Assembly (NCBI GenBank): GCA_963782055.1
Contig: CAWAIF010000003.1
Location: 3,072,001-3,136,000 of the forward strand
Source of the DNA: an uncultured delta proteobacterium
GTDB taxonomy: Bacteria; Myxococcota_A; Polyangia; Polyangiales; Polyangiaceae
DNA length: 64,000 nt
Direction of reading: 5' to 3'
A program made the position numbers and the translations under genes. A model generated the notes under the pieces. It had not been told where the DNA came from. It did not search any database and saw only the letters and a list, made by a program, of their open reading frames with translations. Shown one piece after another: positions 9,760 to 20,334 of the stretch (positions within the stretch are counted from its first letter, which is position 1; every line of letters begins with the position of its first letter).

Positions 9760-10820
9760 CCGGTGGCCTCGGCGATCGCGCGCTCCAGGTCCCGGGCCTC
9801 CGCCGCGTTCATCGCGGCGGCGAGCGTCTCGCCGGCGAGCGGCGCCGGCGGGCAGGACGCCGCCATGCGCGTCACGCGGGCGTGGGCCTCCTCGCAGCGC
9901 GCGCGGAAGGCGGCGTCGGCGGCGGCGCGGGCGGCGAGCGCGTCGAGCGCTGCGTGGCGCGCCTCCGCGTCGGAGCAGACGAGCAGCGCGTCGCACCCCG
10001 CCTCCACGGCGCGCACCGCGGCGTCGCCGTATCCGTAGCGCGCGGCGACGGCCTTCATCTCCAGATCGTCGGACACCAGCACGCCCTCGTAGCCGAGCTC
10101 ACCGCGGAGCAGCTCGGTGGCGATGCGGTGGGAGAGCGTCGCCGGCACGTCGTCCAGCGCGGGGTAGAGCACGTGGGCGGTCATCATCGAGGGCAGGCCG
10201 GCGCGCGCGGCCTCGCGGAAGGGCAGGAGCTCGACCGCCTCGAGGCGCGCGCGGTCGTGGGTGACGACGGGCAGCTCCAGGTGCGAGTCGGTGGCCGTGT
10301 CGCCGTGGCCGGGGAAGTGCTTGCCGCAGGAGAGGAGGCCGCCGCGCGCCATCCCGCGGGCGAAGGCGAGCGCCACGCGCGCCGCCGCCGCCGGCTCGGT
10401 GCCGAAGGCGCGATCGCCGATGATGGGGTTCGCGGGGTTGGTGTGCACGTCCAGCACCGGAGCGAAGTTCAGCGTGAAGCCGAGGGCGCGGAGCTGGCGA
10501 GCCAGCACCTCGCCGGCGCGCTCGGCCAGCGCCTCCCCGCCGATGCGCGCGAGCTGCAACATGGGCGGGAGGCGGAGCACCGGCGCCCCGACGCGCGCGA
10601 CGCGCCCGCCCTCCTGGTCCACCGCGATGACGGTGGGACCGCTCGCCGCCGCCGCGATGGCGGCGTTGAGGGCGGCGAGCTCGGCCGTGTCGCCCGTCAG
10701 GTTGCGCTTGAAGAGGATGGCTCCACCCACCTCGCCGCGCTGGAGGTCGCGGGCGAAGGCGGCGGGGAGCGCCGTCCCGTGAAACCCGCCGACGAGGAGG
10801 CGACCGCAGAGCTCGCGCAC
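9756..10820 (-). CDS. nagZ: Beta-N-acetylhexosaminidase (GH3)
   Basis: DQEGGRV, NFAPVLD, KHFPGHG, DSH, SDDLEM motifs. Confidence 0.92.
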   Translation of the reverse strand: MRELCGRLLVGGFHGTALPAAFARDLQRGEVGGAILFKRNLTGDTAELAALNAAIAAAASGPTVIAVDQEGGRVARVGAPVLRLPPMLQLARIGGEALAERAGEVLARQLRALGFTLNFAPVLDVHTNPANPIIGDRAFGTEPAAAARVALAFARGMARGGLLSCGKHFPGHGDTATDSHLELPVVTHDRARLEAVELLPFREAARAGLPSMMTAHVLYPALDDVPATLSHRIATELLRGELGYEGVLVSDDLEMKAVAARYGYGDAAVRAVEAGCDALLVCSDAEARHAALDALAARAAADAAFRARCEEAHARVTRMAASCPPAPLAGETLAAAMNAAEARDLERAIAEATG

Positions 10821-10875
10821 CCGCTCCTTGTATCATGATTACCAACGGTCCCGCCCCGTGCTAACCCGATGGATC

Positions 10876-11877
10876 ATGCGACGCGTCGCGGTCCTCGCGC
10901 TCTTCCTCGCGGCCTGCGGCGGCCACGCCACACCCGCCGTCGCGTCGGCCGCGGCGGGCGCGTCCTCGCAGGGCGGGCCCTCGAAGGCAGGCAGCGCGTC
11001 GCCGCCGTCGGCGACGGGTGGCGCGAGCGACGCGCGGCCCTCGGGTCCGGTCGCGCTGGCCGACGCTCGCCGCTACATGCTGCGCCTCATCAACCGCGAT
11101 CGCGCCACCGCGGGGCTGTCGCCGGTCACGCTGGACACCGGGCCGGCCACGCGCGCCGCGCAGCAGCACGCGAGCGACATGGCCCACCTCGCCTACCTGG
11201 GCCACTGGGGGAGCGACGGCTCGGTGCCGGAGCAGCGGCTCACCGCCGCCGGCGGTGCCGACATGGTGCTGGAGAACGCCTTCTGCGTGACCGACGAGAA
11301 GAAGCGTGTGCTCGACCCTTCGCCGCGCATCGACCCGGCCGACGTGGAGAAGGCGGAGAGCATGTTCTTCAACGAGAAGCCTCCCAACGACGGCCACCGG
11401 CAGAACATCCTCAAGCCGCACCACACGAGGGTGGGGATCGGCATCGCCCTGGCGCGGCCGAGCGGCAACGAGATCCTCACGCCCTGCATCGTGCAGGAGT
11501 TCGTCGACGTGCTGGGGACGTACGCGCCGCTCCCGGCCGCGGTGAAGGTGGGCGCCACCATCCACGTCGCGGGCACGCTCGTCGCGGGGGTGCAGGTCGG
11601 CGCGGTGGGGCTGACGCGGCTGCCGGCGCCCAGGCCCATCCCGGTGGACGAGCTCAACCGCCGGCGCTCCTACCCCGTGCCGAAGCCGTACGTGATGTAC
11701 TGGCCGAAGGGTTACGAGACGCCCATCCCGCTGATGGTCAAGGGGCAGTCCTTCTCCATCGACGTGCCCGTCTCCGACGGTGGCAAGCCGGGCCTCTACG
11801 AGGTGAGCGTCTGGGGCAAGCGCCCCGGCGACGCCGACTTCGCGATGGTCAGCCTGCGCACCCTCCACGTCCGGTGA
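10876..11877 (+). CDS. CAP/SCP-domain lipoprotein
   Basis: Lipobox LAAC; LINRDR, AQQHASDMA, GHRQNIL, VGIG motifs. Confidence 0.85.
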   Translation: MRRVAVLALFLAACGGHATPAVASAAAGASSQGGPSKAGSASPPSATGGASDARPSGPVALADARRYMLRLINRDRATAGLSPVTLDTGPATRAAQQHASDMAHLAYLGHWGSDGSVPEQRLTAAGGADMVLENAFCVTDEKKRVLDPSPRIDPADVEKAESMFFNEKPPNDGHRQNILKPHHTRVGIGIALARPSGNEILTPCIVQEFVDVLGTYAPLPAAVKVGATIHVAGTLVAGVQVGAVGLTRLPAPRPIPVDELNRRRSYPVPKPYVMYWPKGYETPIPLMVKGQSFSIDVPVSDGGKPGLYEVSVWGKRPGDADFAMVSLRTLHVR

Positions 11878-11922
11878 GGCTGGGCCTTCGGGCGGACCAG
11901 CGGAGGGACCGTTGCCATGCTC

Positions 11923-13485
11923 TCAGTTGGGCAGGGTGCCGTGGTTCGCCTTCGCGGCGCCCTTGCTCGCGAAGCTGGGGACGTTGGGGGCGGTGACCTG
12001 ACCGACCCAGGTGCCGGCGAAGGCGTCCGGCTCGGCGTACTCGCCGACGGTGACGGGCGCGCTGGCGGTGATGGCGACCTTCATGGAGTCCTGCTGGGAG
12101 ACCGCCACGGCGGAGGACCAGCGTGACGCGAGGCCGTCGGAGCAGAGCCCGGAGACGCACGAGGCGTCGCACTGGCCGTACGCGTATCCGTTGCCTGCGA
12201 GGGACTTGCCGAGCACGTCGCAGTCGATGAGCGTCGCGAGGGCGTCGGGGACGCCCTGCGCGCTGGGCGCGTCGATGTGGGCGCGGATGTCGGCGGCCGC
12301 GCCGACCATCCGCGACGGCGTGATGGCGATGCCGCCCTGGAGATGCACGACGTCCTCGGTGTCGCCCTGCCACGCGAAGGGCGCCGGCGCGGTGACGCCG
12401 GCGTCGGCGGCGTCCATCGGACCGAGGTTGTACAGGGAGAGCAGCGCCTCCCCCTTGTTCTGTCCGGTGACGAGGTGGGCGGTCAGGTTGCCGAGCGTGC
12501 TGGGCAGGCCGTCGGCGAGCCAGGTGGCGACGCGGTCGTGGATCGTCGGGAGGTGCGCGCCCAGGTGGGCGCCCACCGTGGTGTCCCACCCGTTCTGCTG
12601 TCGCGCGGCGGTGAACGCCGACGCGTCGTTGCCCGCCGCGGCAGCCATCGCGTCCAGCAGGACCGCCGACTCCTGCTGCTGCGACGGGAGGAAGCTGGCC
12701 AGCACGCTGTCCGACGCGCTGGACGCGACGGCGAGCCAGGCCGCCTTGTCCGCGGGGGCCGGCGTGAAGGTGAGCAGGGTCTCCAGGTCGGTGCTGGCGA
12801 GGTCGAGGGGGAGGTCGACGACCTTCACCGCGACGTCGCGGGTGGTGTCGGGGACGAGGCTGTCGAGGTCCACGCAGCCGACGGCGTAGTGGCCGATACG
12901 CACCTGCACGGCGACGTGGCCGTCGGCGGGGACCTTGTCGATGACGAGCGGCTCCAGGCCGCTGACCGGCACCAGCGGCGCGCCGTCGGTGACGGTCTTG
13001 CCGCTCAGGTCGGAGCAGACCTTCGCGAGGAAGGTGCTCGCCGCGACGACGGCGACCGGGCGCGAGCCACCGTAGGTCGGGGTGACGCGGAGGGTGACGA
13101 AGCCGTTGTTGCTCACCGACACGTCCAGTCGCGCGGCGGCCACGCCGGCTACCGCGACGATGGAGAAGGTGGCCGCCTGCGTCGGCGCGTGGAGCGTCAC
13201 CGAGGCGTGGCCGTCCTTCGTCGCGGCCTGGTTGCGATCGAGCGCGGCGTCGGCGTAGTCGCCGAGCAAGGTGAGCTGGACGGCCTGAACGCCGGCCGAT
13301 GCGGTGATGCCGATGGGCACGATCTCGCCCGGCTTGGCGGTCAGCACGCCCTGCTCGTCGAAGCTCACGGTCCCGGCGGCGCCGGCGTCCGGCGCGGGGA
13401 GGGGCAGGGCGTCCGCCTTCACCGAGCACGCCGCCAGCCCGAGCAGCACGACCGGCAGGCAGCGCCGGACGAAAGACAAGACCAT
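11923..13485 (-). CDS. Hypothetical lipoprotein, Cys-containing
   Basis: Lipobox LAAC; 520-aa ORF with GC-rich third positions; -10-like TATACT 7 nt upstream. Confidence 0.75.
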   Translation of the reverse strand: MVLSFVRRCLPVVLLGLAACSVKADALPLPAPDAGAAGTVSFDEQGVLTAKPGEIVPIGITASAGVQAVQLTLLGDYADAALDRNQAATKDGHASVTLHAPTQAATFSIVAVAGVAAARLDVSVSNNGFVTLRVTPTYGGSRPVAVVAASTFLAKVCSDLSGKTVTDGAPLVPVSGLEPLVIDKVPADGHVAVQVRIGHYAVGCVDLDSLVPDTTRDVAVKVVDLPLDLASTDLETLLTFTPAPADKAAWLAVASSASDSVLASFLPSQQQESAVLLDAMAAAAGNDASAFTAARQQNGWDTTVGAHLGAHLPTIHDRVATWLADGLPSTLGNLTAHLVTGQNKGEALLSLYNLGPMDAADAGVTAPAPFAWQGDTEDVVHLQGGIAITPSRMVGAAADIRAHIDAPSAQGVPDALATLIDCDVLGKSLAGNGYAYGQCDASCVSGLCSDGLASRWSSAVAVSQQDSMKVAITASAPVTVGEYAEPDAFAGTWVGQVTAPNVPSFASKGAAKANHGTLPN

Positions 13486-13684
13486 GGCAGCCAGTATAGC
13501 AACGAACCCCCCGCGCGGCAGGTTCCCCCTCTCTCTCCTGATCCACCCCTCCCGTCCCGCTCTTTCCCTGCCCGCTTCGCTCCCTGTCCCCCCTGTCCCC
13601 CCTCCCTGTCCCGGGACACCAAACGTCGAACCGCGAGCGTGCTAGCACTCCGACGTTTCCCGCGGAATCGTGGGAGGGGTGGGG

Positions 13685-13700
13685 TGGCATGGGGCGTGCT
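13685..13700 (+). promoter_or_regulatory. Candidate sigma54 -24/-12 promoter
   Basis: TGGCATGGGGCGTGCT = GG-N10-GC upstream of the MarR-like gene. Confidence 0.5.
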
Positions 13701-13711
13701 GCATGGGGGGT

Positions 13712-14308
13712 ATGGACCCTGTGTTCTTCACGATCAAGCGGGCGTATTACGCGACGCTGCGACTCACGCGGCGGGCGCTTCGGGCGATGGGCCTCACGGC
13801 GGCGCGGTTCGACCTTCTCGATGCGCTCTACCGGCTCGGGACGCACACCATCTCCCTTCAGAGCCAGCTCCGGCGGGCGCTGGGTGTCGCGCGCTCCACC
13901 ATCAGCCGCATGATGCAGTCGCTCGAGCAGCTGGGGCTCGTGACGCGGCGGCGCGACGGGCGCGATTGCATCGTCGCGCTCACGCCGCAGGGGCGCCGCA
14001 GCGTCCGCCGTGCCTTCTTCGGGCTGGTGCTCGTCGGGCACGTCGGGCTCGCGCTGGACGGCGCGCTCGCGCCGGGTGAGCGCCGCTGGCCGGCGGCGCG
14101 CGTCTGCGCAGGCGCCCGCAGACACCTCGAGGCGCTCTGCATGCGCATTCGCGTCGGCTTCGGGGACGAGGCCACCCTCGACCGGCTCACCGAGTACGGC
14201 TTCTGGGTCCTGCGGGAGGAGGAGCGCGTGCGCCGCGCGCGCCGTCATGGGGAGCGCTGGCAGCGCGATGTCGACCGCGCGCTGGCCTCCGCGCTGAATG
14301 AAGAATAA
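13712..14308 (+). CDS. MarR-family winged-helix protein
   Basis: GLTAARFDLL, LGVARSTISRMMQSLEQLGLVTR, VALTPQGR. Confidence 0.75.
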   Translation: MDPVFFTIKRAYYATLRLTRRALRAMGLTAARFDLLDALYRLGTHTISLQSQLRRALGVARSTISRMMQSLEQLGLVTRRRDGRDCIVALTPQGRRSVRRAFFGLVLVGHVGLALDGALAPGERRWPAARVCAGARRHLEALCMRIRVGFGDEATLDRLTEYGFWVLREEERVRRARRHGERWQRDVDRALASALNEE

Positions 14309-14364
14309 TCGAGCCCCGCACCATTCCCGCGGCAGGGCAGCGGTAGCCGGGTCGGGCCAACCGA

Positions 14365-15294
14365 TCAGCGCACCGCGGCGCGGGACGCGGCGAGCGCCGC
14401 CGTCCAGTCGGCGGCGCACCTGAGCGGGTCGTCCCCGGGTCGCAGGCCGGCGCAGGCGAGCGTGTCGCGGCGCGGGGCGAGGAGCATGTACTCGCCACGC
14501 GTCACGAAGGGGTAGGTGCCGCGCCAGCCCAGCTCGATCACGGCCTGGTCGTGCTGGGCCCGCTCGCGCACGTCGCTCGCGTGCAGCTCGGCCAGCTTGG
14601 CGGCGATGCCGGCGCGCGTTTGCGGGTCGTCCGCCAGCGCATAGGCGCGCTCCAGCCCGACGATGGCGGCGTTGCGCTGCCCCTGCCGGTCGAGCAGGTA
14701 GGCCGCGCTGATGGAGTGCGACGGGTCGTCGCCCAGCTCCACGGCCCGCGACAGGGCGTGGGCCCCGTCCGCGCGCCAGCGCTCCGCCTCCGCCTTGGAG
14801 GAGAGATACGTCGGCGCCATGAACGCCAGAAACTGCCCGTAGTGCTCCCAGACCTCGTAGTCGTCCGGTCGCTCGCGTGTGCCCCGCTCCAGGATGCGCC
14901 GCGCGGTCCGCACGTCCTGCTCGGTCCCGACAGGGTAGTGATAGACCAGCAGCGTGTCGGCGTAGTGGTAGACCGGCGCGTAATCCGGCTCCAGCTCCAG
15001 GATGGCGTCCATGTAGCGAGACGCGTCCGGGAAGGTGCGCTTCTCCGCCCAGTGCATGCCGTACTCCACCCGCAGCTTGGCCCAGAGCATGTCCACCGTC
15101 GCGGCGTCGTAGCCCAGCGTGGCGAGCTTGAGCTCGGCGGGCGGAGGGAAGAGGTAGACGTCCTGCCGCTCCTTCGTCTCGTGCAGCGTCGTCGCGAGGC
15201 CCGGCTGCGTCGCCGCCACCACCGCCCCGCCAGTCAGCAGGATGAGCACCAGCGCCGGCACCGCGCTCGGCTCGTGCCTCGCGGCGGCGGTCAT
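14365..15294 (-). CDS. Pilin-locus accessory protein with N-terminal TM and TPR-like helices (possibly myxobacterial PilG-like)
   Basis: N-terminal hydrophobic segment, LGYDAATVDMLW, helical repeats; ATG overlaps stop of upstream pilin. Confidence 0.55.
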   Translation of the reverse strand: MTAAARHEPSAVPALVLILLTGGAVVAATQPGLATTLHETKERQDVYLFPPPAELKLATLGYDAATVDMLWAKLRVEYGMHWAEKRTFPDASRYMDAILELEPDYAPVYHYADTLLVYHYPVGTEQDVRTARRILERGTRERPDDYEVWEHYGQFLAFMAPTYLSSKAEAERWRADGAHALSRAVELGDDPSHSISAAYLLDRQGQRNAAIVGLERAYALADDPQTRAGIAAKLAELHASDVRERAQHDQAVIELGWRGTYPFVTRGEYMLLAPRRDTLACAGLRPGDDPLRCAADWTAALAASRAAVR

Positions 15295-15827
15295 TCGAGC
15301 TCCGCCTCCACCCGCATGCCGGGCAGCACGCGCGCGCCCCTGGCGTCGTCCACGCCGTCGATCGCGAAGCTGCTCGTCGTGCCGTCGCCGTCCAGATCCC
15401 CGTGCGCGTGCGCCGAGAAGTGAGCCTGCGTGGCGTCGTGGCTCGCGTCCAGCTCGAAGGAGAAGGCGTGGGGTACGCCGTCCGGTGCAGGCTTGAACCC
15501 GAGCGCCTTCCATGTCGGGTGTTCCCAGAGCGCCGGCGGGTCCGCCACCGGCTTGCCACGCGGCGGCACGGCGGGAGTGAGCGGGGCGGAGCCTGGGAAC
15601 GCCTCGTTCGGCCCCTTGCCCTGCGCGCCCGCGACCGCGGCCTCCCCGATGCGCTTCAGGCCATCCACCGGCTCCGAGAGTCGCGACGCGTGCAGGTTGC
15701 GCACGAAGGCGGGCACCGAGACCGCCAGCAGCGAGCCCACGAGGGCGAAGCCGATGGCCGCCTCCAGCGCCGTCAGGCCTCGCTGCCGGCCGCGCCGGCG
15801 CAGGACGACGATGCGCGCCCTCCGCAT
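15291..15827 (-). CDS. Type IV pilin-like protein (minor)
   Basis: Basic leader RQRG|LTALE, hydrophobic helix, C-terminal AHGDLDGDGTTSSF. Confidence 0.8.
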   Translation of the reverse strand: MRRARIVVLRRRGRQRGLTALEAAIGFALVGSLLAVSVPAFVRNLHASRLSEPVDGLKRIGEAAVAGAQGKGPNEAFPGSAPLTPAVPPRGKPVADPPALWEHPTWKALGFKPAPDGVPHAFSFELDASHDATQAHFSAHAHGDLDGDGTTSSFAIDGVDDARGARVLPGMRVEAELE

Positions 15828-16381
15828 CACTCCTCCGGGTCGATGCGCTCGATCGCCGGGTCCACCTTCGCGGTGAGGGTGGAGTCCGCCGAAACGTGCG
15901 CGCGGAAGGTCGACGTCCTGCCGTTTCCGTCCAGATCGCCGTGGGCCTCGGCCGTGCCCTGCGCGGACGGCCCGCTCCCGCGCGACTCGAACGAGTAAGC
16001 GTAGTACTGCGGCGTGGAGATGGAGAAGCGCATGTCCAGCCACGGAGAGACCGACCAGTCCGCCACGGCGCTCTGGTAACGCTTCCCCCGCACGTCGGTG
16101 AGGTCCGCGGGGACGCTCGCGCGCGAGGACGGCGGGAAGTGCCGCATCGCCTTGGCGGCGTCCGGCTTGGTGCCCGCCGGCTGCAGGCTGTCCGACTCGT
16201 CGTAGTAGACGGCGGCGGCCTGCGCGATGCCCGTCGTCGAGCCCACCGCCTCCGCCGTCTTGCTGTGGCGTACGTAGCGGGCCAGCCCGTACATCGCGAG
16301 CGCCGCGAGCAGGGCGGTGAGGCCGATAAGGTTCATCAGCTCGAGCATGCTGAAGCCTCGCGCGCGGGAGAGCGCGGGCAT
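15827..16381 (-). CDS. Type IV pilin-like protein, paralogue of 23915..24499
   Basis: RARG|FSMLE leader; SKTAEA, PQYYAY, GDLDGNG, terminal PEE shared with the major pilin. Confidence 0.85.
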   Translation of the reverse strand: MPALSRARGFSMLELMNLIGLTALLAALAMYGLARYVRHSKTAEAVGSTTGIAQAAAVYYDESDSLQPAGTKPDAAKAMRHFPPSSRASVPADLTDVRGKRYQSAVADWSVSPWLDMRFSISTPQYYAYSFESRGSGPSAQGTAEAHGDLDGNGRTSTFRAHVSADSTLTAKVDPAIERIDPEE

Positions 16382-16478
16382 GTTAGGACGGTACGCAGGC
16401 GCCGGCACGGAAGCCACGAAGCTACCATAGCGCGGGCCCCCGTCGCCAAGAAGCGCGGCCAGGCCCGCGCCGAGCCCG

Positions 16479-18683
<2,205 letters not shown>

Positions 18684-18705
18684 TCGGCGACGGGCGAGCG
18701 CGATC

Positions 18706-20334
18706 TCACGGGGCGGCCGGGGGGGCGGGGGCGTGGCGCGCCTTGTCCAGCGTCCTTCGCGCCTGCGCGACCTCCGGCGACGATGCGAGCTCCGGGCCCC
18801 AGTCGTCCAGCGCGGCCTGGACGGCGTCCAGATCGCCCGCGGCGAAGAGCGCCGCGAGGTAGGTCCGCCGCGTCGCCGGGTCCGCGAGGTGCTCGTAGGT
18901 GTAGCTGCGCAGGTAGGGGATCGCCTCCTTCGTCTTGCCCTTGCGCAGCAGGCAGGACGCGATGCACCCGTCGGCGCGCCCGGAGGAGGGGAGCTGGTCC
19001 TTGTAGGCCTTGCACAGCGGGTAGGCGTGCTCCACGTCGCCGATGGTGAGCAGCCGGGAGCCCTCCGCGAACTTGGACTGCGGGTCCTCGGGGCGGTCCA
19101 GATACATCTGCCGCTGCAGCGTCGGCTCGTTCACCCAGGTGGCCACGCGCGCCCAGCACGCGGGCGTCGCCACCGCGGCGAAGGCGAGGGGCAGCGATGG
19201 CAGGAAGCGCAGCAGCGGGCTGGGGTCGGAGCGCGCGCCGGCGAGCGACCGGTACGCCGCCTCGGCGAGCGGCGCGCCCAGCAGCGCCGCCGCGAGGACG
19301 GCGCCGTAGGCGTAGCGGTCGGAGACGAAGTCGAAGCGCAGCGCGACCGGGGCGTGCACCGCGGCGGTCCCCCAGAAGAGGGCGAGCGCGCCCAGCGCGA
19401 GCCCGCGGCGGGCGGCGAGCTTGCCGCGCAGCGCGCGCAGCACGAGCACCGGGCTGGCCACCAGCAGCAGGAAGGACAGGACGATGCCCGGCACCGAGAC
19501 GTGCGGCAGGGTGAGGTCGACCACCAGATCGGTGGGGGCCACCACGTCCTTGAGGAGCCGGAAGGTCATGCCCGCGAAGGCCTCCGCCCAGTGGTCACTG
19601 CTCCCCCCGTGGGAGGGCATGGAGAGTCCCACGCCGACCAGCTTGCGCACGAGGAAGACGAGCGCCGCCGCCCCCACGGCGGCCCCGGCGACGAGGCCCG
19701 CCTTGCGCCTGTCGAGGCGACCGTCCGCGGGGCGCAGCGCGGCGACGAGCACCAGCGCGGGCGCCGCGATGACGAAGGCCTCGCGGGAGAAGACGGACAG
19801 GGTGATGCCCGCCAGCGCGGCGCCCATCACGGCGGGCGCCGTCTCCAAGCGACGCACCAGGCGCCAGGCCCCGAGCAGCAGCAGCCACCCCAGCATGTCC
19901 TGCCGTCCGCCGACATACGCCACGATGTCCGCCGTCGCCGGGTGCACGGCGAAGAGCGTCGCCGCGCCCACCGCCGCCTTGCGAGGGACGCCTTCGCCGA
20001 GCAGCACCGCGACGACCAGCGCCGCCACGCCAGCGTGCATCGCCACGTTGAGGGCGTGCTGCGCCGGCGCGCTCGCGTGGAAGAGGTGCCAGGAGACCCA
20101 GTAGAGCAGCGAGGAGAGCGGCCGGTAGTAGTCGGTGCGGATGGGCTGCGCCGCCGTGGCGAACAGGCTGTGCTCGAGCATGGCGCCGAGGCCGGCCCCG
20201 GTGCGCACGTAGGGGTTGTGGACGAGCAGGGTGGCGTCATCCAGCACGAAGCCGTTGCGCAGGGAGAGCGCGTGCGCCACCACCGCCGCCGCGACGGGGA
20301 CGAGCCACGCCGGTCGCTCGCGTCTCGCCATCAT
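18706..20334 (-). CDS. TMTC-like GT-C glycosyltransferase with C-terminal TPR-like region
   Basis: NGFVLDD, YYRPL, HALNVAMH, FAVHPATADIVAYVGGRQDML, DRYAY, W..E..L motifs. Confidence 0.75.
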   Translation of the reverse strand: MMARRERPAWLVPVAAAVVAHALSLRNGFVLDDATLLVHNPYVRTGAGLGAMLEHSLFATAAQPIRTDYYRPLSSLLYWVSWHLFHASAPAQHALNVAMHAGVAALVVAVLLGEGVPRKAAVGAATLFAVHPATADIVAYVGGRQDMLGWLLLLGAWRLVRRLETAPAVMGAALAGITLSVFSREAFVIAAPALVLVAALRPADGRLDRRKAGLVAGAAVGAAALVFLVRKLVGVGLSMPSHGGSSDHWAEAFAGMTFRLLKDVVAPTDLVVDLTLPHVSVPGIVLSFLLLVASPVLVLRALRGKLAARRGLALGALALFWGTAAVHAPVALRFDFVSDRYAYGAVLAAALLGAPLAEAAYRSLAGARSDPSPLLRFLPSLPLAFAAVATPACWARVATWVNEPTLQRQMYLDRPEDPQSKFAEGSRLLTIGDVEHAYPLCKAYKDQLPSSGRADGCIASCLLRKGKTKEAIPYLRSYTYEHLADPATRRTYLAALFAAGDLDAVQAALDDWGPELASSPEVAQARRTLDKARHAPAPPAAP

